Position numbers and translations under genes: made by a program. A model generated the notes under the pieces. It made no database searches and was not told where the DNA came from. It was given only the letters and a program-made list of their open reading frames with translations. A stretch of DNA of 63,761 nt, filler included, from Lenisia limosa (lineage: Eukaryota > Protista > Breviatea): assembly GCA_001655205.1 (NCBI GenBank). It is 6 parts of 6 records of this genome, joined end to end, with 100 filler letters (N's around TTAATTAATTAA, not from the genome) between each part and the next. Parts side by side here need not be neighbours in the genome. Positions count along the whole stretch, not along the records: positions 1 to 12,542 come from LPNZ01004626.1; 5 more parts are not named here. One strand, 5' to 3'. Positions 1 through 12,598 of this stretch are shown here, piece by piece. Each line of letters opens with the position of its first letter. Positions within the stretch are counted from its first letter, which is position 1.

Positions 1-606
1 GGGGGAGAAATGTTCCCCCGTACCGGTCGGGTGCTAGCGCGTGTCGCCCGTCGGTAAAGAAACGATGAGTAGTTGTGTATTTAAAGTTAGCAATTTTCCC
101 CTCCATAATTTAATTATTAAACTATATTAAGTATATTATTAGATCAAAACTGGAGTCATCCATGAGCAACTGGTATATTCAAGGAATACTAATATTTCTC
201 TTTGCTGCTATATTTCCACGCTTTTATAATCAAAATTTAATTAACTAAGTTAATAATAAAATATCGCCATTCCGATAAATATTTGCCCCTTGTGACTGAT
301 TCCAGTTTTTGCAGTTCCAACTTATGTTGACAGCTGGTAATTGTAAAAGTATATAAGAAGATTTCCGTCAAGAAATAGCAATAATTTTGCATTTAAAACT
401 ATTACAGCGTAGTTAGCTATCATCTATCTCGTCACACCTCCAAGCCTCGCTGTTGTTAAGTGCCCGTTGTATCTTCCTTCGATCTTCTTTATTGCATTTC
501 AATCAATGTGGGTATTAGTATTGGTTTTTCGGAAACCGACTGGACTGATGTTATTCTCTTGCTGATAATGTCGGAATATAAATGATTTGTTTTTTACCGC
601 TTCTAG

Positions 607-3600
607 ATGGGAGTTTATGAAGGCTATGAAGGCTTCATGGTCAGTATTAATGACTCTGTACGAAGAAAGTACTATAAATTAGGCAAGTTTCACGCCAAAC
701 GCCCATGGTAGGAAATGTGGTTTTCCTTCTTATTTATTTATCATTCGCAACTTTCCTTTGACTGTTTTAGGTTTTCGATTTGCTCCTTCTGTCTTTTATT
801 CCTGCTCCTGCTCCCAGGTCTGAGTCTTTTCTTTTTCGAGGTATGCTCGACCGTACAATATTTTTAAGACTGTTGTGTAATATTGTTTGAAAGATTGTCA
901 TTGTTAAGACCGACAACAATGAGCTTTGGATTCCCCCTGGTACTGATGAGGCCGAAAATGGAGATCACATGGTTGACTACTTTGTTGATGTAGGCTGGTG
1001 ATATGTTTTGTGGGGGCATTTGTTTCTTTTTCTGTTTCTTTTTGCTAATTTGCTGCAGATTCCTCGTCTTCAGGTTGCTATTCTGGAACGAACGGACAAT
1101 AGCCAGTCTGTTCTTGATGCTTCGACTCTGATGCATTTTGTGGATATTCATGAAGCCATTCTTAACACTAAATCGTTTGGGGATGTTGAAACTTGAAATG
1201 CTTTGCTCCTAATGTTTTGGCTATTGACTTTTTAGTGGGTCAATTACTTATGACCTCCTCTGCACCAAGGTTGCTGGAGAATGTGTCTTCGTTTCTCCTG
1301 CGATGTTCTGGAACTTCAACCGAACTGTCATTGGTGGGCTACTGGAGAATATTTGGGTGGTTTCTATGTTTGATAGCTGTCATGAGATTCATGTATACAT
1401 GTGTACTTCTATATTTACCACTTTAGCCGACTTGACTCCCGATGCTATCCTCGCGCAGTTTAAGTCCCTTCCTACCGCGACTATGAGTAGCCTTGTTGGT
1501 GGTTTGACCTTGAATGCTAAAGAGGAGCTCATTGACGCAACTGCAATGAGAGCTACTTATTTTGGTTTGTGGGTTTGATTTAATTTTAGTGATATTGAAG
1601 GAAAATGAATTGCCATCTAACTTTCTAGTTATCAAAAATGACGACACTGCTGATGATGCTATGGATTGGGAAGGAGAACTAATTGACTTCTTCGACGATT
1701 ATAAACCTGAAGGCTACGTTCTGAACTACTCTGCTTATGTATGACGGGGGAGGGACTTCCATTGAGCATCTGGTGTCTCATAATCGCAGCGTTCAATGGA
1801 CGATGCTGGCATGGAGTCTGTCATGGGTGATTTCGGCCTTTTCATTATGGCGTTCGTTATTATGATCATCTACCTTTCCTACTCCTTGGGAAAGCGTAAT
1901 TGGCTTCTTGCTCGTCCCTGGCCGGTATGTTGACTTGATATGTATTTTCTGTGAAATGTTATATAGTAAATAATATTCTAGGCTGTATGCGCTCTTATTT
2001 CAATTCTTATGGCCGTTGTTATGGGATTTTCAGTGTCCTTTATTTTGGGTTACCCCTTCACTGCCATTGTAAGTGGAGTTATCGTTACTGTTGATTATTT
2101 TTCGTTTGAAACCTCGTGACTTTACAGGCTGTGTTCCTTCCTCTCCTTATTCAAGGTGTTGGGGTTGACAACGCCTTCCTTATCATTGCACCCTTCTCCG
2201 CAACTAACACAGCCGATCCAATTCGTGTTTGTGGGCTGCTTTTTTGCTCTTTGTATACTGCATTTGAATATGTATGACCTGCTCACTTTGTATCCCTCTT
2301 CACTTTTACAGAAACGCATGGGTGAAACTCTCTCCGCAGCTTCTGTCAACACTCTTGCTGTTGCTCTCATTTCTATGGTGAGATTGGCGTGATATTTGAT
2401 TGATTTCTTCTGTATTATGGAAGTGGTATAACATTTCAAGATTGCATTCCTAATTGGATCAACCTCAAGTCTCGGTGCAATTGAAGCTTTTTGTATTCAG
2501 GTGAGCAGGCTTTCAATATTTATTTTATCAAGAAGTATTATAGCTGTCACCACTGACCTACCAGGCTGCCCTTTGCGTATTTTTCGCATATATCGCTATG
2601 TTTGTTGTCTTCCCGGCTTTGTTAGTACTTGATGAACGTCGTGTCAAAAAGAACAAGTAAGCCCCAATATCCAATGAGCATCTTTCCTAACTTTACAACG
2701 ATTTCTAATCCAGCAGCTCTGCCTGTATCCCTTGCTGTGTCTCAGTCAAGCCTCGTGAGCAGAACGCCGAAGCAATTTCCGGACTTTCAAAGTTCCTTGG
2801 TGATGCGTATACCAACTTCATCACTAAGAAGCCTGTCGCGATAATGATCATCTTCCTTTTCTTATGTAAGCTGAGTTTAACAATTGATTGTGTGTTCTTG
2901 CCACCTTGACATATCAGGTTCTTGCGGCCTTGGTGGGTACAGTATCATCAACGTGGACATTGGTCTCAACTTCAATGATTTTATGTTTGCAGTGGCTTTG
3001 TTCTTTGACTATGGCATCTTGTACCAGATTGTGTTATTTCTCATTCTACATATTATTGGACTCACGATTGGACATTTTCATTGTTTTAGTCCTGAGAGCC
3101 ATTATTTGATCGACTATAATAATGTGGTGGAGGAGAAATTCAGCTCTATTGGCGAGACTATTAGCATTGTCTTCAAGCAGATGGACTACAGCGATCGTAT
3201 TTACCAGGTAACCATGAGTTGTTTGATGATGTTCTTAATATATACACAATGAAATTGGATCTGAATTCACTTCCCTCCTAGGATGCCATTGATGACATGT
3301 TGACAACTATCCAAGGTCTGGATATTATGGCTCCCAAGTCCGTCGGTGGATGGTATTACGAGTACCGTACTTGGGTCCAGGATCCTGCAAACAATCACAC
3401 TTCCAACTTGAGGTAAGAGGAACCTAGTTTGTGTTTGTAATATTTTTTTGACACATGCAACCCTTTAATGAGTTTGTTTTGACAATTTATTAGAGATAAT
3501 GGTTTCCCTGATAACAACGTTGAGTTCTACAAGGCTCTTGGTGAATTCCTTGCATCTGATGCTGGAGGTTTGCTGTTTAAACCTTTGCATGGTACTTCAC

Positions 3601-5093
3601 CTTATGCCACCACTCACCATTATAGCTGCCTTTGTTGGAGAAGTTATCTTTGAGGAAGGGAGCGAGGTTTTGATTATCACTTCTCGCATGGAGGGCCGTG
3701 AAGTTCAGCTGCTTCAAACCACTGACCAAATCGATGGTATGTTGAACTTAATGTTTTTGTTTTATAATTGAATCATATCACATGGATGACCGATATCACT
3801 GTTTTAGCAATGGAAGATATCATTGACGCTACGAGCATGGTTATTGCAAGATCTCCCAAGGACTTTGACGTTTACTGTTTCACATTCTTCTTCACCTTCC
3901 TGTAAGCTTGTCTTTGAGAGTAAACCCCTTGACATTGTCAATTAATAACTCTATAACATAGAGCATATACACACGTGATATATCTATCAATTTTCAAAAA
4001 TAGTTGACACTCTAGACGCGGAGAAGCTGGTGTTGTCGCTGAGATCTACCGAAACATCATTATTGCGACTTTAACTGTCTTCTTCTTCTCGTTTCCTATC
4101 ATGATTCAACCTCTTGGCGGTAGGTATAATTGAAATGTCCCATAGTCACCATTTTACTACTATTCAAATCTCACTTTTTTAGCCTTCATCATGCTCGTTT
4201 TGGTGATTATCGTGGACCTTCAGCTGATCTTCGCTATCAAGCTCTTCGGACTTGCACTCAATACTGTTACTATGGTTGAAATCATTATGTAAGAGTGGCA
4301 TTCAACGTTTTTGGTTATTTAAAGTTATCAACGTTTTACCACTCACCGTTTTAGGGCTATTGGTCTTCTTGTTGACCTGTGTCTCCATTCCTCATACGTG
4401 ATTCTCATTACTCCTGGTACTCCAAGGGAGCGTGTTTCTCACGCCTTGTCTACGGTATGTCGTTTTTGCTAATGCTGTATTTTTGGACTTGTCTTTTTTT
4501 CTCTTTACGTACTCGTCAGGTTGGCGCTTCAATCTTCAATGGCGGTCTGTCAACGTTCCTTGCCGTTATGGTCATGGTTTGCTGATGTGTTATTTATGAG
4601 AGTCTTGCCATGGTATTTTTTGTGACTCTTCAGGCTGTATCGTCATCCTTCGTTTTCAAATCCTTCTTCTATATGGTTGCCTCCCTTGTCGTCTGCGGAC
4701 TTCTTGCCGGAATTGTGGTATGTGGGTGACACGGATGTCGTGTTTCTTGGGGCTTACTATTATTTTTGTTACTGACACTGAACAATTGTCACTTCCTAAT
4801 TTGTCCAGCTGGGCCCTGCTCTGTACTCTCTTCTCGCCCCCACTCCTATCCGTCCCCCCAAGATCATTGAAGATCCTGAATTTGAAGATCCCTCAAGCAA
4901 GGCGGAAAAGGGAGTCCCCGAGACCCCCAAAGAAGAGGAAATGAAGGAGACCAAACCTCAGCCTGAAACCCAAGATTCAACTGAGTATGCACTGGCTTGA
5001 AGTCTTTTTCGACAATTTACCTCATGATTCTTTTCTAACATATTAAGGACCCGACCTCCTACAATTCAACCTGTGCAGCAGGACACTGTTTAG
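607..5093 (+). CDS. Patched-family / sterol-sensing domain (RND-type) multi-pass membrane protein, about 25 exons
   Basis: Spliced translation: MGVYEG...YYKLGKFHAKRPW, TDNNELWIP, luminal CTKVAGECVFVSPAMFW, SSD TM4 GVGVDNAFLII (~2156-2185), AFLIGSTSSLGAIEAFC, second-half AIGLLVDLCLH (~4356-4390), acidic tail ending QQDTV-TAG. Matches the two-lobed Patched/PTCHD/NPC1 pattern. Confidence 0.9.
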
Positions 5094-5786
5094 GTATATT
5101 ACTGTATGGTATTGTGTAGTATTTTTTTTTAGATTTGCATTTGTCTAGTTCTTGTTTCTATTTCTAAATGTTTCTTTCGCCAAGTAGGGATTTGTTATCA
5201 TGTATTAGTTTTTTTGGCATATATTTGGGGGAGCTTTCCAATTCCAATAAAAAGACAGTATATTAAATTAAGTTACAACAACGAGCTGTACTTTTAAATA
5301 AGACGAAAATAGAATGTGCAACGTAAAAATGAACAACACAAATGTACCTTCAGATATTGTAGATTACTATCAATTGAGCTCTGGAAGAGGCAGATAATTA
5401 CAACCATATTGGTTCTGATGAAAACATCGCCTCACTTGGATGCGACTCTTGGACATATCGCCCTTCTGATACGACCAACTATTATGGTCAAGTACGTCAG
5501 ACTAACTCATATTTGTTAAAAGAGCTTCGGTTCCAACAAAGACCGTTTTCGACAATATCGATTAATGTAACGATGACTTCATTTGTTACCAAAGTGCAGA
5601 AATTAACTTGGTACCATAAACTATTGATACTGTTATGATTTGTCCATCTACAATTTAATCACTAATCAAACACTACTAACAGTACCCCCCCCCCAACTGC
5701 TCCTGGGGTTATTCCGAGTGCGGGGTGCGGAAGCAGAGGTGGGGGTGGCAAACAGGCTGTAATGTGAAAAGCAGTGGCCGATTTTT

Positions 5787-5962
5787 CAAAAACTCCTGCT
5801 ATTGAGGAGCTAGATTAACCAAAAATTTTCAATATTGGGGGAATTGGGGTCAAAAACACCTGCTGAATACACAATTAAAATTACTAAGCAAATTTGACCC
5901 AAGTACAAAAACACCTGCTAAGGTACAAAAACACCCGCTAATTCGGAACAAAAACCCCTGCT
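5787..5962. repeat. Five copies of 14-bp motif CAAAAAC(A/T/C)CC(T/C)GCT
   Basis: Copies at 5787, 5851, 5906, 5926 and 5949, between two convergent gene 3' ends. Confidence 0.85.
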
Positions 5963-6058
5963 AGTTTCTCTGTCCCCAGTGACCAAGCCACAAAAAAGAA
6001 AAGCACGGTGCAATAACAATATTAAATGGACACCGTCCTGTTGCCCCACCAGCGGCTA

Positions 6059-7564
6059 TCAAGGCAAGGGCGTCAGTGAGAAAGTTGTCAGCACTATCGT
6101 CAGTGGAAATTGGGCTAAATGTGAACTTTGTTGCTTGAATTCAAAAGCTAAACTATTCGGTAGAATACCCTCAAACTCAAGAACAGCAGTGGCGGCACAG
6201 CCCAAGGTCTCCCCAAGCCCCTATGCATTAACTCTGTGCTTGGCGTTTACGCAGAATGCAAAAGTCTCAATATCGCTCTTCAGCTGAGTACAAACCTGAC
6301 ATCTTTTCACTTCCGCCTTCCATTGGTTGAGGTCCTTTGGTTTCCTCACTGAGGTCTTTTTGATCATACCTAGATAGGTACAAACAAAATCGTCAATACT
6401 AACAAGACCCAGATGCCTGTAAAGATTCAGACCTTCGACAGAAGTTGCTTCAGATGCAAGGTTCTTATGCGAAGTGACGGAGGGAGGCCGCGAATTGTTG
6501 AAACTCTCCTCTTGCTCAGATTGGGGACTAATAAATTAATATTTAATATTACTATGCTAAAATAATTCATTTCCAATACCATTTACAGCTAATGACACCC
6601 CAAACTGGTCTTTTTTGTAAGCTTGTGCTGGGGCAATAGTTGGTGAAGCACACAGAGCCACAAGAATCTTGATCGGAGTTGTGATCAAATTAGACCATCT
6701 ATGGTATTAGTATCATGTAATTACAAGCATGTTACTCTTCACCACCACCCTCACCGTTCTGCACCTTCAATGGATTCGGGCATATCCGCGTTGTAAACAA
6801 TAATTGCAGCAGCACACGACCGACTAAATATTGGTTAAAAGTGGCAATTAATCACTGGTGAGACCTTCATCCATTTCATGTCAAAGAAAGATAACATACC
6901 TAATATGCCCTATCAGGATAGGGTCAACATCTCCACGACAGTCCTGCCAATCCACTGCCCAATCTGTTGAGCCAACAGACAGAGCCTGAGTCTGCGATGT
7001 GAATTGAGGGAATGGTTCTTGAAAGCACTATATCTATTTTGGTGAACCTTTTGATTTGAGTTTTGCATCGTGAATAACAGTTATTTTACTCTTGAATAAA
7101 TTTACCTCCCTACACTTGTGTTTGAAATGTAGATACCCTCGTTGAATTTTTCAGGGACAATTTGGTCCTAATGATGTTATTACATGTCCAATAAGAATAA
7201 AGGATTATCTCTGACTCCACTCTCCATTTTAAAAGGATATCGAGGACGGGGAGGGGATGAAAAAGGTCAACATCATGATGTTTGCGTGTTATAGCCAACC
7301 TGGGGCTGGGACACTTGAAGAAGTCTTGCAACAAGGTTTGACTTCCCAATGCCACGCTCGCCCTAAGGGTTAGTATTCAAAACTTCAATACATTCTTTAT
7401 CAATATCAACACATATTGAGGGGTGTGAAAATCAAAAAGGAAATTACATCAGAGGTTATTCTTTCTAACTCGACCATTCAAGTGTAACTAGAGGTATGAC
7501 ATTTCCCTCTCACAACAACACTGATCTTGATACTGAAATGCACTGGACGGCTGCTGACGCTCAT
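6059..7564 (-). CDS. Divergent Rab-like small GTPase (IFT22/RABL5-like motifs) with C-terminal extension; 3' end uncertain
   Basis: Spliced minus-strand translation: MSVSSRPVHFSIKISVV-GERGIGKS (G1)...EKFNEGIYISNTS...WAVDWQDCRGD (G3-like)...RSCAAAIIVYNADMPESIEGAERW...ILVALCASP (no NKxD). DCxGD and VxNADxP recall IFT22 (WDCGGD, VFNADIP). Confidence 0.7.
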
Positions 7565-7788
7565 ATCCACTTTACCCCGTTTATATTTCCACTAACTGCA
7601 ATTTTTTAATGATTAAAACAGAAGGAAGAGGCTGGGAAGAGGCCAAGAGGCCACAATTGGGCCTACAAAAAAGGACAACCCTAAATTCGTAATGGTGCTT
7701 TATCGCGTTTTTTTCACAGTTATACCTTTTAATATATCTGCAACAAGGCACAAAGCATAGCATAGTATAGAAAGTCAAAAAGAGCAAG
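7565..7788. promoter_or_regulatory. 224-bp bidirectional promoter region between the GTPase and CPSF160
   Basis: Head-to-head ATGs at 7564(-) and 7789(+); AAGAGGC occurs three times at 7626-7651. Confidence 0.55.
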
Positions 7789-10510
7789 ATGGTATACTCC
7801 GTTTTTAAGGAGGAATGCGCACCATCGGCTGTAGACTTCTCTGTTAAAGGCAACTTCACTAATTCGGGAGTTCCAGAGCTCGTAGTAGCAAAAGCAACTT
7901 GGCTGGAGTTTTATGCACTCAGATCCTCCACTGAAGGTCTGCATCATCTCTTCCCAAAGCTCTCTATCATAAATATTGTTTAAAAATGGTCATAAGCACG
8001 AAGTGATTTGTTTAACAGTTTTAGATGGTGCGATCACCTCTGCACAGCTCCACCTTCAACACCGTTTCCGCTTGAGTTCGAGAGTTGTTGGAATCTGTGT
8101 TGTTCCGAAGGAGTCTTCTTTAGCTTTGGTTAGTTTGAGGATACCATTTATGGGCCCTTTTTACTCGTGTCGGGGATGTGATATGAGATGCTGTAAACGC
8201 TCTAGGTTGGGAAGCGACTTAAGCATTCCAGTACTTCTGATTTGATCATGGTTGCTTTCAAGGAAGCTAAGGTAAGGCTTCTATTAGTTATTATTGGATA
8301 GTGTGTGAGCCCTTCCAAGACATAATCAATAATTAACAGGTGTCCATCATGGCGTTTGACAACAGCATCCAACAGCTTGTGACCGTAGCCATCCATCAGT
8401 TTGATGATCCTGATACGGAACTGCCTCGTAGGTCTCTTTTTTTATTATACTTCTCTTGCTTTTATTCTTCATCTTGATTTCGCTTTTTTTTTTTGTCGTT
8501 TGATATGATTGGATGTTTACATGAAGTGACTGTAGTTCCATGTTTTGACCATTAAGCTGGTCCACCATCCACAGAATTCCAGAGCAAATTCCATCAGTTA
8601 CCTTTGCTGCGAATCTCACCATCAGGTAAGTGGATTAAGAGTAGAGGGGATGCCAGTATAATGCTGAATTACTTTGAGGTTGATTTTTGACTAATGTGCT
8701 CAGGAGAGCTGGCCATTTTTGCATGGGGCCAAGCCTGGTTGGCCATTATCGACATCCGTACCAATACGGCCTATGTTGAGAGCTTATTGGAGTTTGATTC
8801 AGCCGACTATTTGGATATGGCCTTTCTGGAAGGGTAGGGAAGGAGGGGGGAAAAGAAACTATTTCTCTTTTCAATTAACATATTAGTTACAATGAACCAA
8901 CGCTGGCAATTTTGCACAACTATCGACACAGAACGTAGGACTAGTTTTTTTACTATCTATCAATTCCCTTTTTGATAGCAGCAACCCGTTCATTATGCTG
9001 CCGAATTGTCAAATAATTGTGGATTTTTTCATATTCTAGCACCTGGCATCACACAGACGCACGAACCGCAGTAAACGTTGTTTCTATCAACTTCTTAAGG
9101 AAGAAAATCACACGCATCTCTAAGATTGACGTGAGTGATGGTTGTTTTTGGTGTTAGGAGTGGATGTAGTGGAATTATCATAGCGTTCGCGAATCCACAT
9201 TGATGTAGAGGATCGCATTAGTTTTAGAGACCTTACATCTTAGTCGCTTCCGCATTCCTGCATCACCATTCTTTCAAGGTATAAGGGCAGATTGTGACGT
9301 GTAAAGTGAATAGGGGTAACTATTTCAGCTCTAGAGTATCTCTTTTGCCAATTCTAGTAAAAGTTTTACTATTCACTTTCTGACATGGCAGCAAAAACCA
9401 AGCTTTGAGCTTGGTCGTTCTGTCCTCAAACTCAGTCTTCTTCCTCGGCCCAAGCGCCCCCTCCACATATTCAGTTAATCGCCTTGGTGATGAAGATTGT
9501 GAAACCGCGCCTTTCGCTGTCAATAAATGTGGGTCACATGGTTTGTAGTCGCCTTTCGCTCTTCGAGAATATATACACACAATAAAAGAAAATAAAATTT
9601 CAGGATTCACCCCCCCCCCCCNNNNNNNNNNNNNNNNNNNNNNNNNNNNNNNNNNNNNNNNNNNNNNNNNNNNNNNNNNNNNNNNNNNNNNNNNNNNNNN
9701 NNNNNNNNNNNNNATTCCTGACCTCCACCACTCTTCTGATCTCGCTGTACCGTGGCGGCCTCTATTTGGCCGACATCTCCACTGCGGCTAATGCGGTGTC
9801 CAATATGACGGTAGGTGCTATCATGCAAGTCCCATTTTTTGCTCAGTTACAACAATTAATAGATTTGGCAAGGCTTATATAATAGGCGATGACATTAATT
9901 TTTTTTTTGCTGCAGTCTATTTGCTCACACTTTTCAGCTCCGTCGCTTGGGAACCGCCTCGCCCGCCTCGTCGTTGACTCTGCTCTCTGAAAGGTTCCTG
10001 TTCCTCGGTTCCGCTCTAGCCTCGTCCCTATTGGTTCAGTACAGTGCTAAGGTTGGGTCAAGTTTCTCTTGTAACCAACATTGGAACATGGGTCTAATGT
10101 CTTTCAGAAAACCGTGGAATCTGAAGAAGAATCTGAAGAAGAATATGTAGAAGAGGTGGCTGCTTCGACGAATATGGACTTTGGTGAAGATGAGTAAGGG
10201 GAGTGGAGGTATTTGGACTCATTTTACTTCACCATCCCTCTTCTAACCGTTTTGTTTTGTTGGTGTAATTGTTTTAGTTTGGCCCTCTTTGGAGGCAGTC
10301 TTGAAACTACAAAAGCAGGTAATACAAGCGTCTACATTTTGAGTACTATTAAGCTCAAATATGTTACCTCTCCTTTCATACTTCAGCAAAAAGAAAGAAG
10401 ACCCGTACAGAGGTCAAATCCGCCCCTGCTTACACTCTTGGTGGGTGTAGTTTTTGAAAAGTCTTACTTGATATCATAATGGTGGAAAAATCACCCCTTT
10501 TTTACACATA

Positions 10511-10562
<52 letters not shown>

Positions 10563-12472
10563 AAGATGTGCATTAAGCTCTCCTGACATTCTAGGTATCC
10601 GTGATCAGCTGACTGGTGTTTGTGGAGTTGCATCCGCCACCCTCGCTGCTGAGGCCTCTATCGCCGAAGAAGGAAAAGTAGGCATTTTAGAACAGGCGCT
10701 ACACCGAGGGTTTCCTTTTGTATTTGGCACTAATTCTCTGAGGAGCCATGGAGAAGCGGATTGAGGCACCTTGATATTATGCTGGCTGGAGGAAGAGGCG
10801 CTGACGCCACGATCTCGCGGATGCGCAAAGGCATCGTTCCAAACACCTGTGGGTTCCCTTGTGTACTGTGACTCTGCTATTGTTTGCGAGTTTCTTAAAA
10901 TTGTTCGGAGATTCAGGATTTTCATAACTCTTCAGCCACAACGCTTCCAATGAAAGACGTTGTGCAATCTTTCTCACTTTTCTGCTCAAAAAACAACGGT
11001 ATGTGGATCCCTTTACATATATTTAAAAAATGTTATTTCGTGTGAGGTTGATCTATTTGACTCTGTAGAATTTAAGTTCCACCGCTTTTTAGTGCTCTGC
11101 AGAGATAAGTCCAATTCGGTGTGTGGCATTGTTATTGCAGGAAGATTTCTTATGGTAGCACTTGCTTTTCCTACAGCCATTTCACTGATAACTGTATCAG
11201 GTTCTCGAAGCTACCGTTGAGGGTCTCACTGAAGTTACTGATATGGTGAGCTTTCAACATACCCCAAATAACTTAATGCACCGCAGGTCAAAAGTTGAAT
11301 ATCAATTTTCTATTCCATATCATCATATCCCAGCTCTGTAACTTTTTCTATCTTTCTTCTTTCTAACTCCTGAAGGTTGAATGGAACACAAGGCAAAGAG
11401 TGGTCAGCTGCGGCGATGTATGGGGCCGATCTCTTGCTATCATAGTTACCGAGAGAGAAGTCATTTTGACAAATGGAAGTTTGCAGGGTTCTTTGTTCTG
11501 GAATAACTGTCTGCTATCAATCAGAATGACCGATTTACCATTTCCAACCAGAATATTAGAAATACGGTATTGTACTGTTTTCACCAGCTTCCAGCTGCTG
11601 TTCTTGCTACCCTCAACATGGCCCGACTCCAAGCTGATCGTGCCGGTGCAGACTCCATGCACACCTTGAATGAGGGTGAGCCCCCTTCATTTCTTCCTTC
11701 AGAAGCCAATAACTGCTTTTATTATTGTTATTTTTCCAGAAGCTGAAAACGAAATGGAGCTCCCCTCAGTTCCGCTTAGTCCCACTGAAGGTTCTTGGTT
11801 GATTATCTTTCTCATCTATTATCAATGTTTTTTACCGGGTTGTCACAACTGACAATGTAGGTTTGGATGTTGAAGAGAAAGAGCGTGACGGAGAAATTGA
11901 CCAAGAAGAAACGGAAAAGGTGAATATTGGGGGGAGGAGCAAAAGATATCTTCTTTTACTTTCCGCATTTCACATTTCCAGAAGGAAACTGACACAGTTG
12001 AAAAGGAAGAAAAAGAGGAGGATGAAGAGGAGGAGGATGAAGGTGGACTTAAAATTGTGCGTGCTTGTGTGCGCGACCCTTATGCCCTGCTTCTTCTTTC
12101 TGACGGCAACGTGGCTTGTGTAACAGGTGAGGGAGTGGATTTGTAGCAGCATGAAATTTCCAGATTTTTTTTAATTTTTTTTTTTTATCTTATTATTATG
12201 ATTATTATTGTTCTTATTGGTTTTTGTTTGTTATTGTGTATCATTTTTTTTATCTTGTGACGTATTAACCTTTTCAGTCCAAGCTCCGGGTCCCACGCTC
12301 TCAGTATACAGTCCAACTTTATCAGGAGGTAATGCCTACATTCCTTGAGTCTTCTTATGTACATTCGTCCCATTGGTGTTTCTTCTAATTTGTTCAGCCC
12401 AAAGTGGCGGTTCACTCGCGATTGATCTGTTCCGAGCCTCTCCTCCAGACTCTAAATCCCTATCTATCTCAG
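7789..12472 (+). CDS. CPSF1: Cleavage and polyadenylation specificity factor 160 kDa subunit, N-terminal part (truncated at contig end)
   Basis: MVYSVFKEECAPSAVDFSVKGNFT...ELVVAKATWLEFY; LIMVAFKEAK-VSIMAFDNSIQQLVTVAIHQFD (cf. CPSF1 LLLSFKDAKLSVVEYD...SLHYFE); DMAFLEG-YNEPTLAILH; VRDPYALLLLSDG. These are CPSF160-type rather than DDB1/SF3B3-type signatures. Confidence 0.85.
10504..10558. repeat. Compound (CA)n(GA)n microsatellite in a CPSF1 intron
   Basis: Directly visible. Confidence 0.95.
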
Positions 12473-12586
12473 GTCAGTACGGGGATCAATCTGATGGCCT
12501 ATAATAGTGCTAAAGTGAAGAGATTTATGCATCCATTCATTANNNNNNNNNNNNNNNNNNNNNNNNNNNNNNNNNNNNNNNNNNNN

Positions 12587-12598
12587 TTAATTAATTAA
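12587..12598. other. Artificial contig spacer TTAATTAATTAA (stops in six frames) inside a 100-bp N linker
   Basis: Identical 12-mer flanked by about 44 N on each side; recurs five times in the window. Confidence 0.95.
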
